NCBI GenBank assembly: GCA_963841015.1
Contig: CAWJAX010000002.1
Span: 64,001-128,000 of the forward strand
Length of the DNA: 64,000 nt
Direction: 5' to 3'
Origin: an uncultured Methanoregulaceae archaeon
Lineage (GTDB): Archaea > Halobacteriota > Methanomicrobia > Methanomicrobiales > Methanospirillaceae
Shown here: one piece after another, positions 22,516 through 35,518 of the stretch
Numbering within the stretch: the first letter of the stretch is position 1
How the letters are laid out: each line of letters starts with the position of its first letter
Notes under the pieces: generated by a model
What the model was told of the DNA's origin: nothing
What the model saw: only the letters and a program-made list of their open reading frames with translations
Databases searched by the model: none
Position numbers and translations under genes: made by a program

Positions 22516-22743
22516 CACCTCATCCCGTATCCTGACGTATTCTTCATCGCTGTCCATGCGGACAAAATCGCCTTCCCGGGCAACCCGTACGACATGGGCG
22601 ATATAGTCCTGCTGCTTCTGCACTTTTACCAGCCGGGCAACGACATCCCCGTACCGCTCACCGGGTTGCTTGAGCATGTTGAGATCCTGCTTTGTTGACT
22701 GAGTAACAAGAATTTTCTCGGTGGTTTGTTCATATGCTTTCAT
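22468..22743 (-). CDS. putative antitoxin (RHH-like N-terminus)
   Basis: TEKILVTQSTKQDLNMLKQPGERYGDVVARLV resembles archaeal antitoxin DNA-binding domains; directly upstream of the RelE-like ORF. Confidence 0.6.
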   Translation of the reverse strand: MKAYEQTTEKILVTQSTKQDLNMLKQPGERYGDVVARLVKVQKQQDYIAHVVRVAREGDFVRMDSDEEYVRIRDEVKRSAPRNRAARAGVR

Positions 22744-22886
22744 TGAAGAAGTTTCACCCGCCTTTGGATAATTATGTCTTTTTTGACCAAATATACCTTT
22801 TTGCCTTTTTGGATATAATACCCCACGTTACATGCAACCGCGAGGCGAAACACGATTAAAACAACGATTATTGCATGATGATGATA

Positions 22887-23174
22887 TCAGACCCTGCTTC
22901 CGCTCGTAAAGGATCCCGTGCGGGTGTCTTTCTGCTGGTGGTACTCAACCAGCCGCCTCACCTCATCCTGCACCTTCTCTTTATCCTTGAAGCCGGTAAA
23001 GAGGATCCGGATATCATCGATATCGTCTTTTAAGTAGGCTGCTTCAGGATAGAGAATGAGCACGATCTGTCCCTCAGGACCGAAATGCAGCTCCTCGCTT
23101 TCTCCTTTCATATAGCGTTCCCGCTGCTCCTTTGTCGGGGCTGCATACCGTTTTTCGTACCTGAAGACGCCCAT
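22887..23174 (-). CDS. hypothetical protein
   Basis: 95-aa ATG ORF preceded by ggtgagg RBS-like sequence. Confidence 0.7.
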   Translation of the reverse strand: MGVFRYEKRYAAPTKEQRERYMKGESEELHFGPEGQIVLILYPEAAYLKDDIDDIRILFTGFKDKEKVQDEVRRLVEYHQQKDTRTGSFTSGSRV

Positions 23175-23435
23175 ACCTCACCATCCTGATTAATGATTGT
23201 GTGCCGGGTGACGTTAAACCTGATGAGTGAGGTTGCCGGGAACAGCAACAATGGCATCATTTTTTTTGGAAAACCAACCTTCATCAATTTAAGAGGAAAA
23301 GTCATTTTGCTGATGTCCTGATTTTTTCAGGAGTCCAACGCAATGATGCGTTGGATCTCTTTGTCATTCCATGAAACGTGCCATGATGAAGGAGATGACA
23401 ACAGTATTTTAAGGCAATTCTTACCCATACCACGT

Positions 23436-23898
23436 ATGGCAAAAGAGATAAAAACAGAAATTCTCATTCATGCAACCCCGGAAAAAGTCTGGGTTGTAAC
23501 TCACTGACTTTGACAACTACAAAAACTGGAACCCCTTCATTCAATCAATCACCGGAGAAGTGGCAGTTGGAAATACGATCACTGCAAGACTTGAACCGCC
23601 CGGGGCCAGGGGAATGACTATCAGACCGAAAGTTCTTGCTTTTACCCCGAATAAAGAACTTCGCTGGCTTGGGCATTTACTGGTTCCCGGACTATTTGAT
23701 GGAGAACACTCATTTGAGCTTATTGACAAAGGAAACGGCACAACCACGTTCCGGCAGACTGAAAAATTCACCGGAATACTTATTCCGTTTTTTGAGAATA
23801 TGCTTGATAATAACACGACGAATGGCTTCAACCTGATGAACCAGAAACTGAAAGAATCAGCCGAGCAGAAAATAAACGCTGGCTACCCAAACAAATAA
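23436..23898 (+). CDS. SRPBCC (polyketide cyclase/dehydrase-like) protein, frameshift near 23498
   Basis: MAKEIKTEILIHATPEKVW/TDFDNYKNWNPFI..ELRWLG....GLFDGEHSFEL. Confidence 0.85.
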
Positions 23899-24141
23899 TG
23901 TAAAAAACTACATAAAAAATATAAAAAAAACGCGATACTGATACTTTTTTCCCGTCCCCCCACAATATCAGATAACCATGCCAGATAGTGCATATTTCGC
24001 GATTATGCACTTCTGTCACACGCTCCCCCTGTAAAAGATCGGAACGATCAGGACCCCCAGAAATGCTGGCGGACGGCAGCGTTCATCCCCCGGAGCTGAT
24101 TCCTGACCGTAAAAGCGCGGGAATTGTAGCGGGAATACCTT

Positions 24142-24689
24142 ATGAGCACCTATATTGTCCTCCTGCGTGGAGTAATGCCGAGCGGCAAAAACAAAGTACC
24201 GATGGCGCAGTCTGCGGGAAGTGCTTAAAAGGGGCGGTTTTGGTAATGTGCGTTCCTACGTAACAGAGTGGTAACGTATTGGTGGACTCCATGCTTTCGG
24301 CACAAGAGATCGAAAAATGCGTGCGGGAACTGATCAAAAAACATATCGGGCCGGATCTGGCGGTCGTGGTGAGGACAGGATCCGGGTTACAAAAGGTGCT
24401 CGATGAGAACCCCTTTCAGCAAGGTTACACAATCTCACGGGTCTTTTTTGTCGTATTTGCGCAAATACCGACCCCGGAGAAAGTACAAGAACTTTCCGCT
24501 CAGGACTTTGGCGATGAAAAACTTGCTTTTACCAGGACCAGAGACGCAGCATATATGTACATTCCAGGCCCCTATGGCAGGGGCAGACTCAGCAACAATT
24601 TTCTCGAAAAGAAGCTTGGCGTTTCTGCAACCATGAGAAATTTCAACACGATGAGCAGACTGGTTGCAATGAGTATCCCTGAGAAGTGA
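24142..24689 (+). CDS. DUF1697 family protein (frameshifted)
   Basis: MSTYIVLLRGVMPSGKNKVPMA..GFGNVRSY/QSGNV..FLEKKLGVSATMRNFNT. Confidence 0.85.
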
Positions 24690-24851
24690 GCGGTAGCAAC
24701 TATTCCTCCTTATACCAGTAAAACCAAGGCTTTACTCTTACTGCCACCTTCGACAATGTCCCAATCACGAAAACTACAACAGGACTCCAACCGGCCGGAA
24801 CTGGACCGGTAACCTTGGCACAACCGAGTCTCTGCTTGCTTCAGCTGTATC

Positions 24852-25287
24852 GCGGCAAACCGGAACATGATTGTCGCAGCCGAGAAGATATTCCAGTTCC
24901 CGCTCAACGGGAGGAAAGTGAAAGGGTTCATCGACCGGATCGAGCAGACACCAGAAGGGGAGTGTGGTAGTTGATTTCAAGACCGGATCAAAACCATCCT
25001 CAATTTACGAAGAATACGGTCCTCGCCGATATCCAGCTCAACCTCTCCTCCCTCGCTATCAAAGAGATGTTCGGCAGGCTGCCTCAGCGGGCATCGTTCT
25101 ATTATATCAGGGATGACAAGATGGTCGATTATTTCCCGACCGAAGAGACGGTCGGTGTTTTTACGGAGTCTACTAAAGAGATCATTTCAGCGGTGTGTGC
25201 TGAGCAGTTTGAGGCGACAACCTCGTTCCAGACCTGAAGTTCTGTGATTATGCGGATTTGTGCGAGGAGAAGGAAGTGGGGGAGTGA
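24852..25287 (+). pseudogene. PD-(D/E)XK (RecB/AddB-like) nuclease C-terminal remnant 1
   Basis: AEKIFQF..KGFIDRIE..VVDFKTG..DIQLNL..DYFPTEET..CDYADLCEE*, with indels and a stop; no 5' part. Confidence 0.85.
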
Positions 25288-25627
25288 AAGATCACATTTG
25301 CTAATATTTTTAATTAAAGAGTAATATTGCGTTATTTTTATAAATTAAGCGATTATTTTAAGGGATTCTGCAAGGCAGCGATGCATTGCGGTTTATTTAT
25401 TTACTCTTATACTAAATTTCGAACATTATCATTTTGATATTATATGGACTGGTGATGGAGAGAGATGAATGGATTTTAAGTGCTTGAATGTTTGTACCGC
25501 AAGTGCACCTCTACGGGTTGAGAATCTGCTGATAACCACAGGTTGGATTGGCAGGCAATCAGATCAGGTTTTTTGAGCGGGAAAATGTTCCAATGTCTGA
25601 ATGCAGCAGTATAGCAAATTCTAACTG

Positions 25628-28600
25628 GTGGTTGAATTGAAGCAGGTAAAAGCCACAGAAAATCCAGAAATTGAAAAGGTTCCCATAAAATCTATTTTAT
25701 TGTTAATTCTTATCGGATTTTTATTGATTTCCCCAGTATCCGCAGCGGTGGTTCAATGGGAAAAAACGTATGGTGGGAGTTCAAGCGACTCATTGATGGT
25801 GAGTGCAAATTCACTGAAGGTAACACCGGATGGCGGTTTCATCCTTGCAGGAGTCACATGGTCATATAACACGGTTTGTTTAGCCACACTAGGTGGTTGC
25901 GATGATGCTTTTCTGGTTAAGACAGATAGCCAGGGAGTACAGCAATGGTATAATCATTATGGAGCGGGTTGGTATGACTGGTTCACCTCCGTAAGTCCAA
26001 CGAGCGATAACGGTTATATTGCAGCAGGAAGCTCAAGTTCTTATACTTCGGGATTCGCACAACACGCTTATCTCGTGAAAACAGATGCGAACGGTAATGA
26101 AGTCTGGCACAATGTTTATACCATTCCGGGGCAGGTTGAATCTCAGGCCAATGATGTTAAACAAACTCAAGACGGCGGGTATATTTTAACAGGCCAATAT
26201 GAAACTGCTTTCTCTCCTCCGGAGTCTTCGATATTTCTTATAAAAACCGATGCACAAGGAGATCTGGTATGGAACAAAACCTACGATCCATCTTATGTTG
26301 GAGGAAAATCTGTAATTGAAACAACTGATGGGTATGTTGTTGTAGGAGGGGGAAATGGGGACATTTATCTCCTTAAGACGGATTCTAACGGCAACATCAT
26401 ATGGAGCAGAAATTTAGATGGGTCAACTTCTAACTCTGCCAGTTCTGTCAGTTCAACAGCTGATGGCGGATATATTATTGTAGGGGATCGAACGGTAAGC
26501 AGCATTAATTCTGATATATATTTAGTGAAATCTGACAATGCCGGCAATAACGTCTGGGAAAGAACGTATGGCGGCCCTAACTCTGAATCTGGGATTTCCG
26601 TTCAACAAACCTCAGAAGGAGGATACATTGTTGGGGGCACGATTAACCCAAATATTTTAGAAGATACGTATGTCATTAAAACTGACAATACAGGAAATGA
26701 AATTTGGAATTTATCAATTGGCGATTCGAATAAGCAATTGGGATATTCCATAGTTGAAACTGCAGAACACGAATATGCAATTGCCGGAACTACGGTCACA
26801 TCATCCAATAGCGAGGATCTGTACCTCGTTAAAATAGCGGAAACACCGCCTGCCAGCATAACCAACCTCCAGAATACCACCTTCAAGCAGACTAGTATAA
26901 CCTGGACCTGGGCTGATCCTTCTTCTTCAGACTTCAACAAGGTCATGGTATACCTGGACGGAGTATTCCAGACTAATATCACCAAAGGCGGCCAGACCTA
27001 TACTGCTACAGGATTAATATCTGATACCCAGCATATAATTTCAACCCGTACAGTCGGAGCCACCGGTCTGGTTAACCAGACATGGGTAAATAGTACCGCG
27101 AGAACCGCACTCTTTTCAAATGCAGCACCTGTCGCCGCATTTTCCGGAAACCCGACAACCGGGCCCGCATCTCTCGCTGTATCTTTTGCGGATGAATCTG
27201 ATGGTTCGCTTACAGGGTGGGCCTGGTACTTCGGTGATGAGACTTACAAGGCATCCTGGACGCAGGAAACTTCGAGTGCAGCGTGGTCGGCAAGGTACAC
27301 TCACAGCAGCGTGGCGTTGCCGGACGGCAGCATTGTACTTATGGGGGGTCTTGACCCCACCAATAAAAATGACACGTGGCGATCAATAGATAAGGGTGCA
27401 ACATGGTCACAATTGACGGCAAGTGCCGGGTGGACAGCAAGATCCGGTCACACCAGTGTAGCACTGCCGGATGGCAGTATTGTGCTTATGGGTGGTGCTG
27501 ACGGTATCACAGGTAATAAGAATGACGTGTGGCGGTCAACGGATAAGGGTGTAACATGGACACAAATGACTGCCAGTGCCGGATGGTCGGCAAGAAAGGG
27601 GCACAGCAGCGTAGCTCTGCCGGACGGCAGCATTGTGTTGATCGGCGGGGTCTCTAACAACTACCCCTATTATTTGAAAGACGTCTGGAGGTCAACGGAT
27701 AAAGGTGCGACGTGGACGCAAATGACTGCCAGTGCTCGGTGGTCGGGAAGAAACGATCATAGCACCGTGGCAATGCCGGATGGCAGCATTGTGCTTATGG
27801 GGGGTTATAGCAACAAGAACGATGTATGGCGGTCAACGGACAAAGGTGCAACATGGACCCAGATGACTGCGAACGCCGGGTGGTCGGCAAGATCCGTTCA
27901 TACCAGCGTAGCTATGCCTGACGGTAGTATCGTGTTGATGGGGGGTAGTTCAAACAGGGCAGGAAGAACGATGTATGGCGATCAACTGATAACGGTGCAA
28001 CATGGACGCAGTTGACTGCGAATGCCGGGTGGTCGGCAAGAACTAGTCCCAGCAGCGTCGTGATACCGGATGGCAGCATTGTCCTTATTGGGGGTTATGA
28101 TAGCACCGGCCGAAAGAAGGATGTATGGCGTTTCACATCCGTCGGTTCGTCGATACAGAACCCGTTGCATATTTATACGCAACCGGGGACTTACTCCGTA
28201 ACACTCCAGGCATACAATAACGGCGGATACAACAGTACGCGAAAGATCAGTTACATCACAGTAGGTGCGTTTACAAACCCAGCGCCGACAGTAACTGGGA
28301 TAACTCCAGTTAAGGGCGACAATAGTGGTTCAGTTACAGTTACCAACCTCGCTGGAACCGGTTTCATCAACGGCGCCACGGTGAAACTCAACAGGGCCGG
28401 ACAAGCGGATATCGAAGCCACCAGTGTAGTGACTGTTTCATCAACACAGATTACGTGTATTCTCCCTATAACTGGTGCAGGAACCGGTTACTGGAACGTT
28501 ATTGTTACAAATCCTGATTTCCAGACAGGAACACTCCCAAACGGGTTTATGGTGACAGCGTCTCCATTGCCTGATTTCACCTCCAGTGTTACTTCCGGAG

Positions 28601-31600
28601 CAGCCCCGCTCGCAGTCTCTTTCACCGATACATCATTATACAGCCCGACCGACTGGGCATGGTATTTCGGCGATGAGACTTATAATACACCCTGGGTCGA
28701 GAAGACCCCATGGAATGGTGCCGGGTGGACACCGAGATGGGCTCATAGCAGCGTGGTGATGCCGGATGGCAGCATCGTGCTGATGGGAGGTTATGAATTA
28801 GGTTAAACTCCTAAAAATGACGTGTGGCGGTCAACGGATAAGGGTGCAACATGGACTCAAGTGACTGCGAGTGCCGGGTGGGGGGCAAGATACGGTCACA
28901 GCAGTGTGGTGATGCCAGACGGCAGCATCGTGCTGATGGGTGGGTGGAGTAATGTTGCCGGCGGTTATAAGAATGACGTGTGGCGGTCAACGGACATGGG
29001 TGCTACATGGACGCTGATGAATGCGAGCGCCGGGTGGACACCCAGAACGTACCACAGCACCGTCGTGATGCCGGACGGCAGCATCGTGCTGATGGGTGGT
29101 GCTCAACCGGGTTATAAGAATGATGTATGGCGGTCAACGGACATGGGGGCTACATGGACCCAGATGACCGCGAACGCCGGATGGTCTGCAAGAAGTAATC
29201 ATGGCAGCGTGGTGATGCCGGACGGTAGCATCATCCTGATAGGTGGGACCAGCGGTTCTGGTGAAGTCTGGCGGTCAACGGACATGGGGGCTACATGGAC
29301 GCAGAAGACTACTAGTGCCGGGTGGACAACGAGATGGGCACACAGCACTGTAGCGATGCCAGACGGTAGTATCGTTCTGACAGGTGGTGGCAATGGAGGT
29401 ACCGGTACTAACGACGTATGGCGGTCAACTAATAATGGTGCAACATGGATACAAGTGACGGGGAGTGCCCTGTGGAAAGCGAGAATGTATCACACCAGCG
29501 GGGTATGCCGGACGGCAGTATCGTCCTGATAGGAGGTCAACAATTAAGCGCTGCTAAAAATGACGTATGGCGGCTCACGACTTCTGGATCATCGGTACAG
29601 AATCCATCGCACACATATAACTCCGTGGGAACCTACACGGTTTCACTACAGGCTTACAGAGCCAGTGGATACAGCAGCACCCAGAAGGCAGGTTATATTA
29701 CTGTAACTGTTCAGGACACTCAACCCCCGGTTGTTACTCAGCCAGGAAATCCAGCCCCAGTTCTCCTGGGCGTTGATGTTGTTATATCTACGACGATTAC
29801 GGATAATGTCGGTGTTATCGGAGCAAATGCTACAATCGGGGGTGTCAACTATCCCATGACTGCAACCGACGGTTCGTTTGGCGGAACTAGTGAACCGGTT
29901 TCAGTTTCCATACCAGGTTCTGCCCTGCATGTCGGTGACAATATCGTTACCATCGTCGCAAAGGATGGAGCAGGATTGCTTTCCGCGCCGGTTACGGTCA
30001 CCATCACGGTCACCAACGTCAACCGGGCTCCAGTGTTCGATCCAGTTCCCGCTAAGTCCGTCAATGAAGGAATTACCCTGACATTTGCCGTGTCGGCTGC
30101 TGATGCGGATAACGATCCACTTACCTACAGTGCAACCGCGTTACCAGACGGATCAACCTTTGATCCGGCGACAAAAACATTCTCCTGGACACCGAGCTGA
30201 TGCCCAGGGTCAGACTGCACCGTACTCGGCTACCTTCTCGGTTACTGACGGATCTGCTACTGCTACTGTAGTTGCAGAGATTACCGTTACTAACCTGAAC
30301 CGGGCTCCAGTGTTCGATCCAATTACTCCAAAGATTGTCAATGAAGGAGTGACCCTGACGTTCACCGTGTCAGCTACTGATACGGATGTTGGAGATACGC
30401 TCACTTACAGTGCAACGGTGTTACCAGACGGATCAACCTTTGATCCGGCGTACAAAGACGTTCACCTGGACACCCACAGTCAATCAGGGTCAACCAGCAC
30501 CATACATGGTAACTTTCAGCGTTTCCGATGGAACTGAAAGCGATACGGAAGTTGTTGCCATCACCGTCACTAACGTCAACCAGCCACCCAATCCACCTAC
30601 CCTTTCCGGAGATGCGGCTGACGGTTCGATTACCGTGAATGAAAACATACCGGTCTCGTTTACCGTGACCGGCACAGATCCGGATTCCGGGGATACTGCT
30701 ATCGTTACAGCCGTTTCCTTACCCCCGGAGTTAAGTTTGACGGTACGTCATTCACATGGACTCCCGACAATTCCCAGGCCGGGACACACCAGATCATATT
30801 CACTGTCACGGATGGTTCCGGAGCAACAAGCACTTTCACTGTCACCATCACCGTCAACAACGTCAACCGGGCACCGGTTTCACTGCAATAGGAGCCAAGT
30901 CCGTTGCCGAAGGTCAGCCCCTTACCTTCACTGTATTGGCAACTGACGAAGATACCGCGGATATTCTGTCCTATAATGCTGAAGGTCTCCCGGACGGATC
31001 AACCTTTGATCCGGCTACAAAGACGTTCACCTGGACACCCACAGTCAATCAGGGTCAACCAGCACCATACATGGTAACTTTCAGCGTTTCCGATGGAACT
31101 GAAAGCGATACGGAAGTTGTTGCCATCACCGTCACTAACGTCAACCAGCCACCCAATCCACCTACCCTTTCCGGAGATGCGGCTGACGGTTCGATTACCG
31201 TGAATGAAAACATACCGGTCTGTTTACCGTGACCGGCACAGATCCGGATTCCGGGGATACTGCTATCGTTACAGCCGGTTCCTTACCCCCGGGAGTGAAC
31301 TTTGACGGTACGTCATTCACATGGACTCCCGACAATTCCCAGGCCGGGACACACCAGATCATATTCACTGTCACGGATGGTTCCGGAGCAACAAGCACTT
31401 TCACTGTCACCATCACCGTCAACAACGTCAACCGGGCACCGGTTCTCACTGCAATAGGAGCCAAGTCCGTTGCCGAAGGTCAGCCCCTTACCTTCACTGT
31501 ATTGGCAACTGACGAAGATACCGCGGATATTCTGTCCTATAATGCTGAAGGTCTCCCGGACGGATCAACCTTTGATCCGGCTACAAAGACGTTCACCTGG

Positions 31601-34600
31601 ACACCCACAGTCAATCAGGGTCAACCAGCACCATACATGGTAACTTTCAGCGTTTCCGATGGAACTGAAAGCGATACGGAAGTTGTTGCCATCACCGTCA
31701 CTAACGTCAACCAGCCACCCAATCCACCTACCCTTTCCGGAGATGCGGCTGACGGTTCGATTACCGTGAATGAAAACATACCGGTCTCGTTTACCGTGAC
31801 CGGCACAGATCCGGATTCCGGGGATACTGCTATCGTTACAGCCGGTTCCTTACCCCCGGGAGTTAACTTTGACGGTACGTCATTCACATGGACTCCCGAC
31901 AATTCCCAGGCCGGGACACACCAGATCATATTCACTGTCACGGATGGTTCCGGAGCAACAAGCACTTTCACTGTCACCATCACCGTCAACAACGTCAACC
32001 GGGCACCGGTTCTCACTGCAATAGGAGCCAAGTCCGTTGCCGAAGGTCAGCCCCTTACCTTCACTGTATTGGCAACTGACGAAGATACCGCGGATATTCT
32101 GTCCTATAATGCTGAAGGTCTCCCGGACGGATCAACCTTTGATCCGGCTACAAAGACGTTCACCTGGACACCCACAGTCAATCAGGGTCAACCAGCACCA
32201 TACATGGTAACTTTCAGCGTTTCCGATGGAACTGAAAGCGATACGGAAGTTGTTGCCATCACCGTCACTAACGTCAACCAGCCACCCAATCCACCTACCC
32301 TTTCCGGAGATGCGGCTGACGGTTCGATTACCGTGAATGAAAACATACCGGTCTCGTTTACCGTGACCGGCACAGATCCGGATTCCGGGGATACTGCTAT
32401 CGTTACAGCCGGTTCCTTACCCCCGGGAGTCAACTTTGACGGTACGTCATTCACATGGACTCCCGACAATTCCCAGGCCGGGACACACCAGATCATATTC
32501 ACTGTCACGGATGGTTCCGGAGCAACAAGCACTTTCACTGTCACCATCACCGTCAACAACGTCAACCGGGCACCGGTTCTCACTGCAATAGGAGCCAAGT
32601 CCGTTGCCGAAGGTCAGCCCCTTACCTTCACTGTATTGGCAACTGACGAAGATACCGCGGATATTCTGTCCTATAATGCTGAAGGTCTCCCGGACGGATC
32701 AACCTTTGATCCGGCTGACAAAGACGTTCACCTGGACACCCACAGTCAATCAGGGTCAACCAGCACCATACATGGTAACTTTCAGCGTTTCCGATGGAAC
32801 TGAAAGCGATACGGAAGTTGTTGCCATCACCGTCACTAACGTCAACCAGCCACCCAATCCACCTACCCTTTCCGGAGATGCGGCTGACGGTTCGATTACC
32901 GTGAATGAAAACATACCGGTCTCGTTTACCGTGACCGGCACAGATCCGGATTTCGGGGATACTGCTATCGTTACAGCCGGTTCCTTACCCCCGGGAGTTA
33001 ACTTTGACGGTACGTCATTCACATGGACTCCCGACAATTCCCAGGCCGGGACACACCAGATCATATTCACTGTCACGGATGGTTCCGGAGCAACAAGCAC
33101 TTTCACTGTCACCATCACCGTCAACAACGTCAACCGGGCACCGGTTCTCACTGCAATAGGAGCCAAGTCCGTTGCCGAAGGTCAGCCCCTTACCTTCACT
33201 GTATTGGCAACTGACGAAGATACCGCGGATATTCTGTCCTATAATGCTGAAGGTCTCCCGGACGGATCAACCTTTGATCCGGCTACAAAGACGTTCACCT
33301 GGACACCCACAGTCAATCAGGGTCAACCAGCACCATACATGGTAACTTTCAGCGTTTCCGATGGAACTGAAAGCGATACGGAAGTTGTTGCCATCACCGT
33401 CACTAACGTCAACCAGCCACCCAATCCACCTACCCTTTCCGGGGATGCGGCTGACGGTTCGATTACCGTGAATGAAAACATACCGGTCTCGTTTACCGTG
33501 ACCGGCACAGATCCGGATTCCGGGGATACTGCTATCGTTACAGCCGGTTCCTTACCCCCGGGAGTTAACTTTGACGGTACGTCATTCACATGGACTCCCG
33601 ACAATTCCCAGGCCGGGACACACCAGATCATATTCACTGTCACGGATGGTTCCGGAGCAACAAGCACTTTCACTGTCACCATCACCGTCAACAACGTCAA
33701 CCGGGCACCGGTTCTCACTGCAATAGGAGCCAAGTCCGTTGCCGAAGGTCAGCCCCTTACCTTCACTGTATTGGCAACTGACGAAGATATCGCGGATATT
33801 CTGTCCTATAATGCTGAAGGTCTCCCGGACGGATCAACCTTTGATCCGGCTACAAAGACGTTCACCTGGACGCCCACTACTGCCGGTTCATTCACCTTTG
33901 ATGTTGTCGTCTCAGACGGAAATGGTGGAACAGACTCCGAAACGATTACAGTCACGGTAACCGCAGCGAACGTGGCTCCGGTCCTCGGAGCAATTGGTGC
34001 CAAATCCATAATTGCAGGTCAGCAGCTTACCTTCACAGCAACGGCAACCGATGCAAATATACCAGGCTCAGACCCTGACCTTTAGTCTGGCCAATGGGGT
34101 GTCAGGTTCAGTTCCGGCAGGAGCAAGTATTACTCCAGCCGGGGTCTTTACCTGGACGCCCACTACTGCCGGTTCATTCACCTTTGATGTTGTCGTCTCA
34201 GACGGAAATGGTGGAACAGACTCCGAAACGATTACAGTCACGGTAACCGCAGCGAACGTGGCTCCGGTCCTCGGAGCAATTGGTGCCAAATCCATAATTG
34301 CAGGTCAGCAGCTTACCTTCACAGCAACGGCAACCGATGCAAATATACCAGCTCAGCCATTGACCTTCAGTCTGAATGGAGCACCGACCGGAGCGAGTAT
34401 CACTTTAGCCGGTGTCTTTACCTGGACGCCCGCGACTGCTGGTTCATACACCTTTGATGTCAGGGTCTCAGACGGAAATGGTGGAACTGACTCTGAGACA
34501 ATAACGGTCACGGTCACCTCAACATCCCCTAACGTCATACCCGTCGTAAACGCCGGCCCGGATAAGAACGTTACTAAAGGATTACCTTTCGTATCGTCAG

Positions 34601-35159
34601 GTTCATTCACCGATCCGGATGCTGACACTTGGACTGCAACGGTCAATTATGGGGATTCCACCGGCACCACGAATCTCGCCCTCTATACCAACAAGACCTT
34701 CGCGTTCATTCACACCTATACTGCACCGGGCAGTTTACTGTTAGAGTCAATGTCACGGATAATAAAGGTGGAAAAGGCACTGATATCGCCAATGTCACGG
34801 TCAATGCGTATGCATTTGATGGATTTTATCAACCGATTGATATGGGAGTTACGAATAGTGCTAATGCCGGAAAGACCATCCCAACGAAATGGCACTTATC
34901 GAATGTAAGTGGAGATGTTGCCGATCCTGCAAGTTTCATCGCACTTAAGTCGATTGCTATAAGCTGCAATCAATTAACTCCCATGACTGATGCAATAGAG
35001 GAATATTCAGAAAGTAATTCTGGCCTTCAATATTTAGGAAATGGTAACTGGCACTATAACTGGAAGACCCTGAAATCCTATGCCGGAACATGCCGGAATA
35101 TGTATGTTGAATTCAAGGGAGGCCAGAAATCACCCGTGGTCTCATTCAAATTCAAATGA
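25628..35159 (+). CDS. giant cell-surface protein (~3170 aa): signal peptide, beta-propeller, FN3-like, 2x PKD with inserted kelch/Asp-box propellers, IPT/TIG, many putative-Ig/cadherin-like repeats, PKD-like, C-terminal PxKF-like domain; ~11 frameshifts and one in-frame TAA
   Basis: Consecutive + strand ORFs 25628-35159 form one continuous domain series; WRSTDKGATW Asp-boxes; NRAPV..I..KSV.EG..LTFTV.A.D.D repeats; FDGFYQPID...GKTIPTKW end. Confidence 0.88.
30427..33870 (+). repeat. six near-identical 567-bp tandem repeats (189 aa, two Ig-like domains per unit)
   Basis: gacggatcaacctttgatccggc recurs at 30427, 30993, 31559, 32126, 32693, 33261 and 33828. Confidence 0.97.
33865..34520 (+). 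repeat. second Ig-domain tandem repeat (~285 bp, two close copies plus a diverged partial)
   Basis: cctggacgccc.c.actgc.ggttca at 33865, 34151 and 34421. Confidence 0.9.
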
Positions 35160-35304
35160 GAAGTCAGTATTATTATAAATATTTCTCATTTTTTACAACG
35201 TAAAAACACAAATGATATCTAGTGATTATTTTGTAATACATACTACTAAAAAATAAAAAAAACACATTTAGCTATTCGATGGTTTTTTTAAGGAGATCTA
35301 ACCT

Positions 35305-35469
35305 GATTATTTCCCGACCGAAGAGACCATCGGGGCATTTGCAGAGACTGCAACAACGATCATCTCGGCAGTCTGTGCAGAACGGTTCGAACCTGCCCAG
35401 GCATACCAGACCTGCAGGTTCTGTGACTATGCTGATTTATGTGAGAGGAAAGAGGCGGGAGGGGAGTGA
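35305..35469 (+). pseudogene. PD-(D/E)XK nuclease C-terminal remnant 2
   Basis: DYFPTEETIGAFAETATTIISAVCAERFEPAQAYQTCRFCDYADLCERKEAGGE*, homologous to 25127-25287; the first 23 nt are identical. Confidence 0.88.
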
Positions 35470-35518
35470 TTGAAGGAAATTGAATTTTTAGTCTGATGTA
35501 TCATCCACACTGAGGTAA

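Noticed and set aside
24852-25287. Cas4 / CRISPR adaptation gene
   Set aside because: Only a decayed PD-(D/E)XK C-terminal fragment; no cas1, cas2 or array in the window.
30427-33870. Tandem array as CRISPR or non-coding satellite
   Set aside because: The unit is 567 bp, a multiple of 3, encodes Ig-like domains and has no unique spacers.
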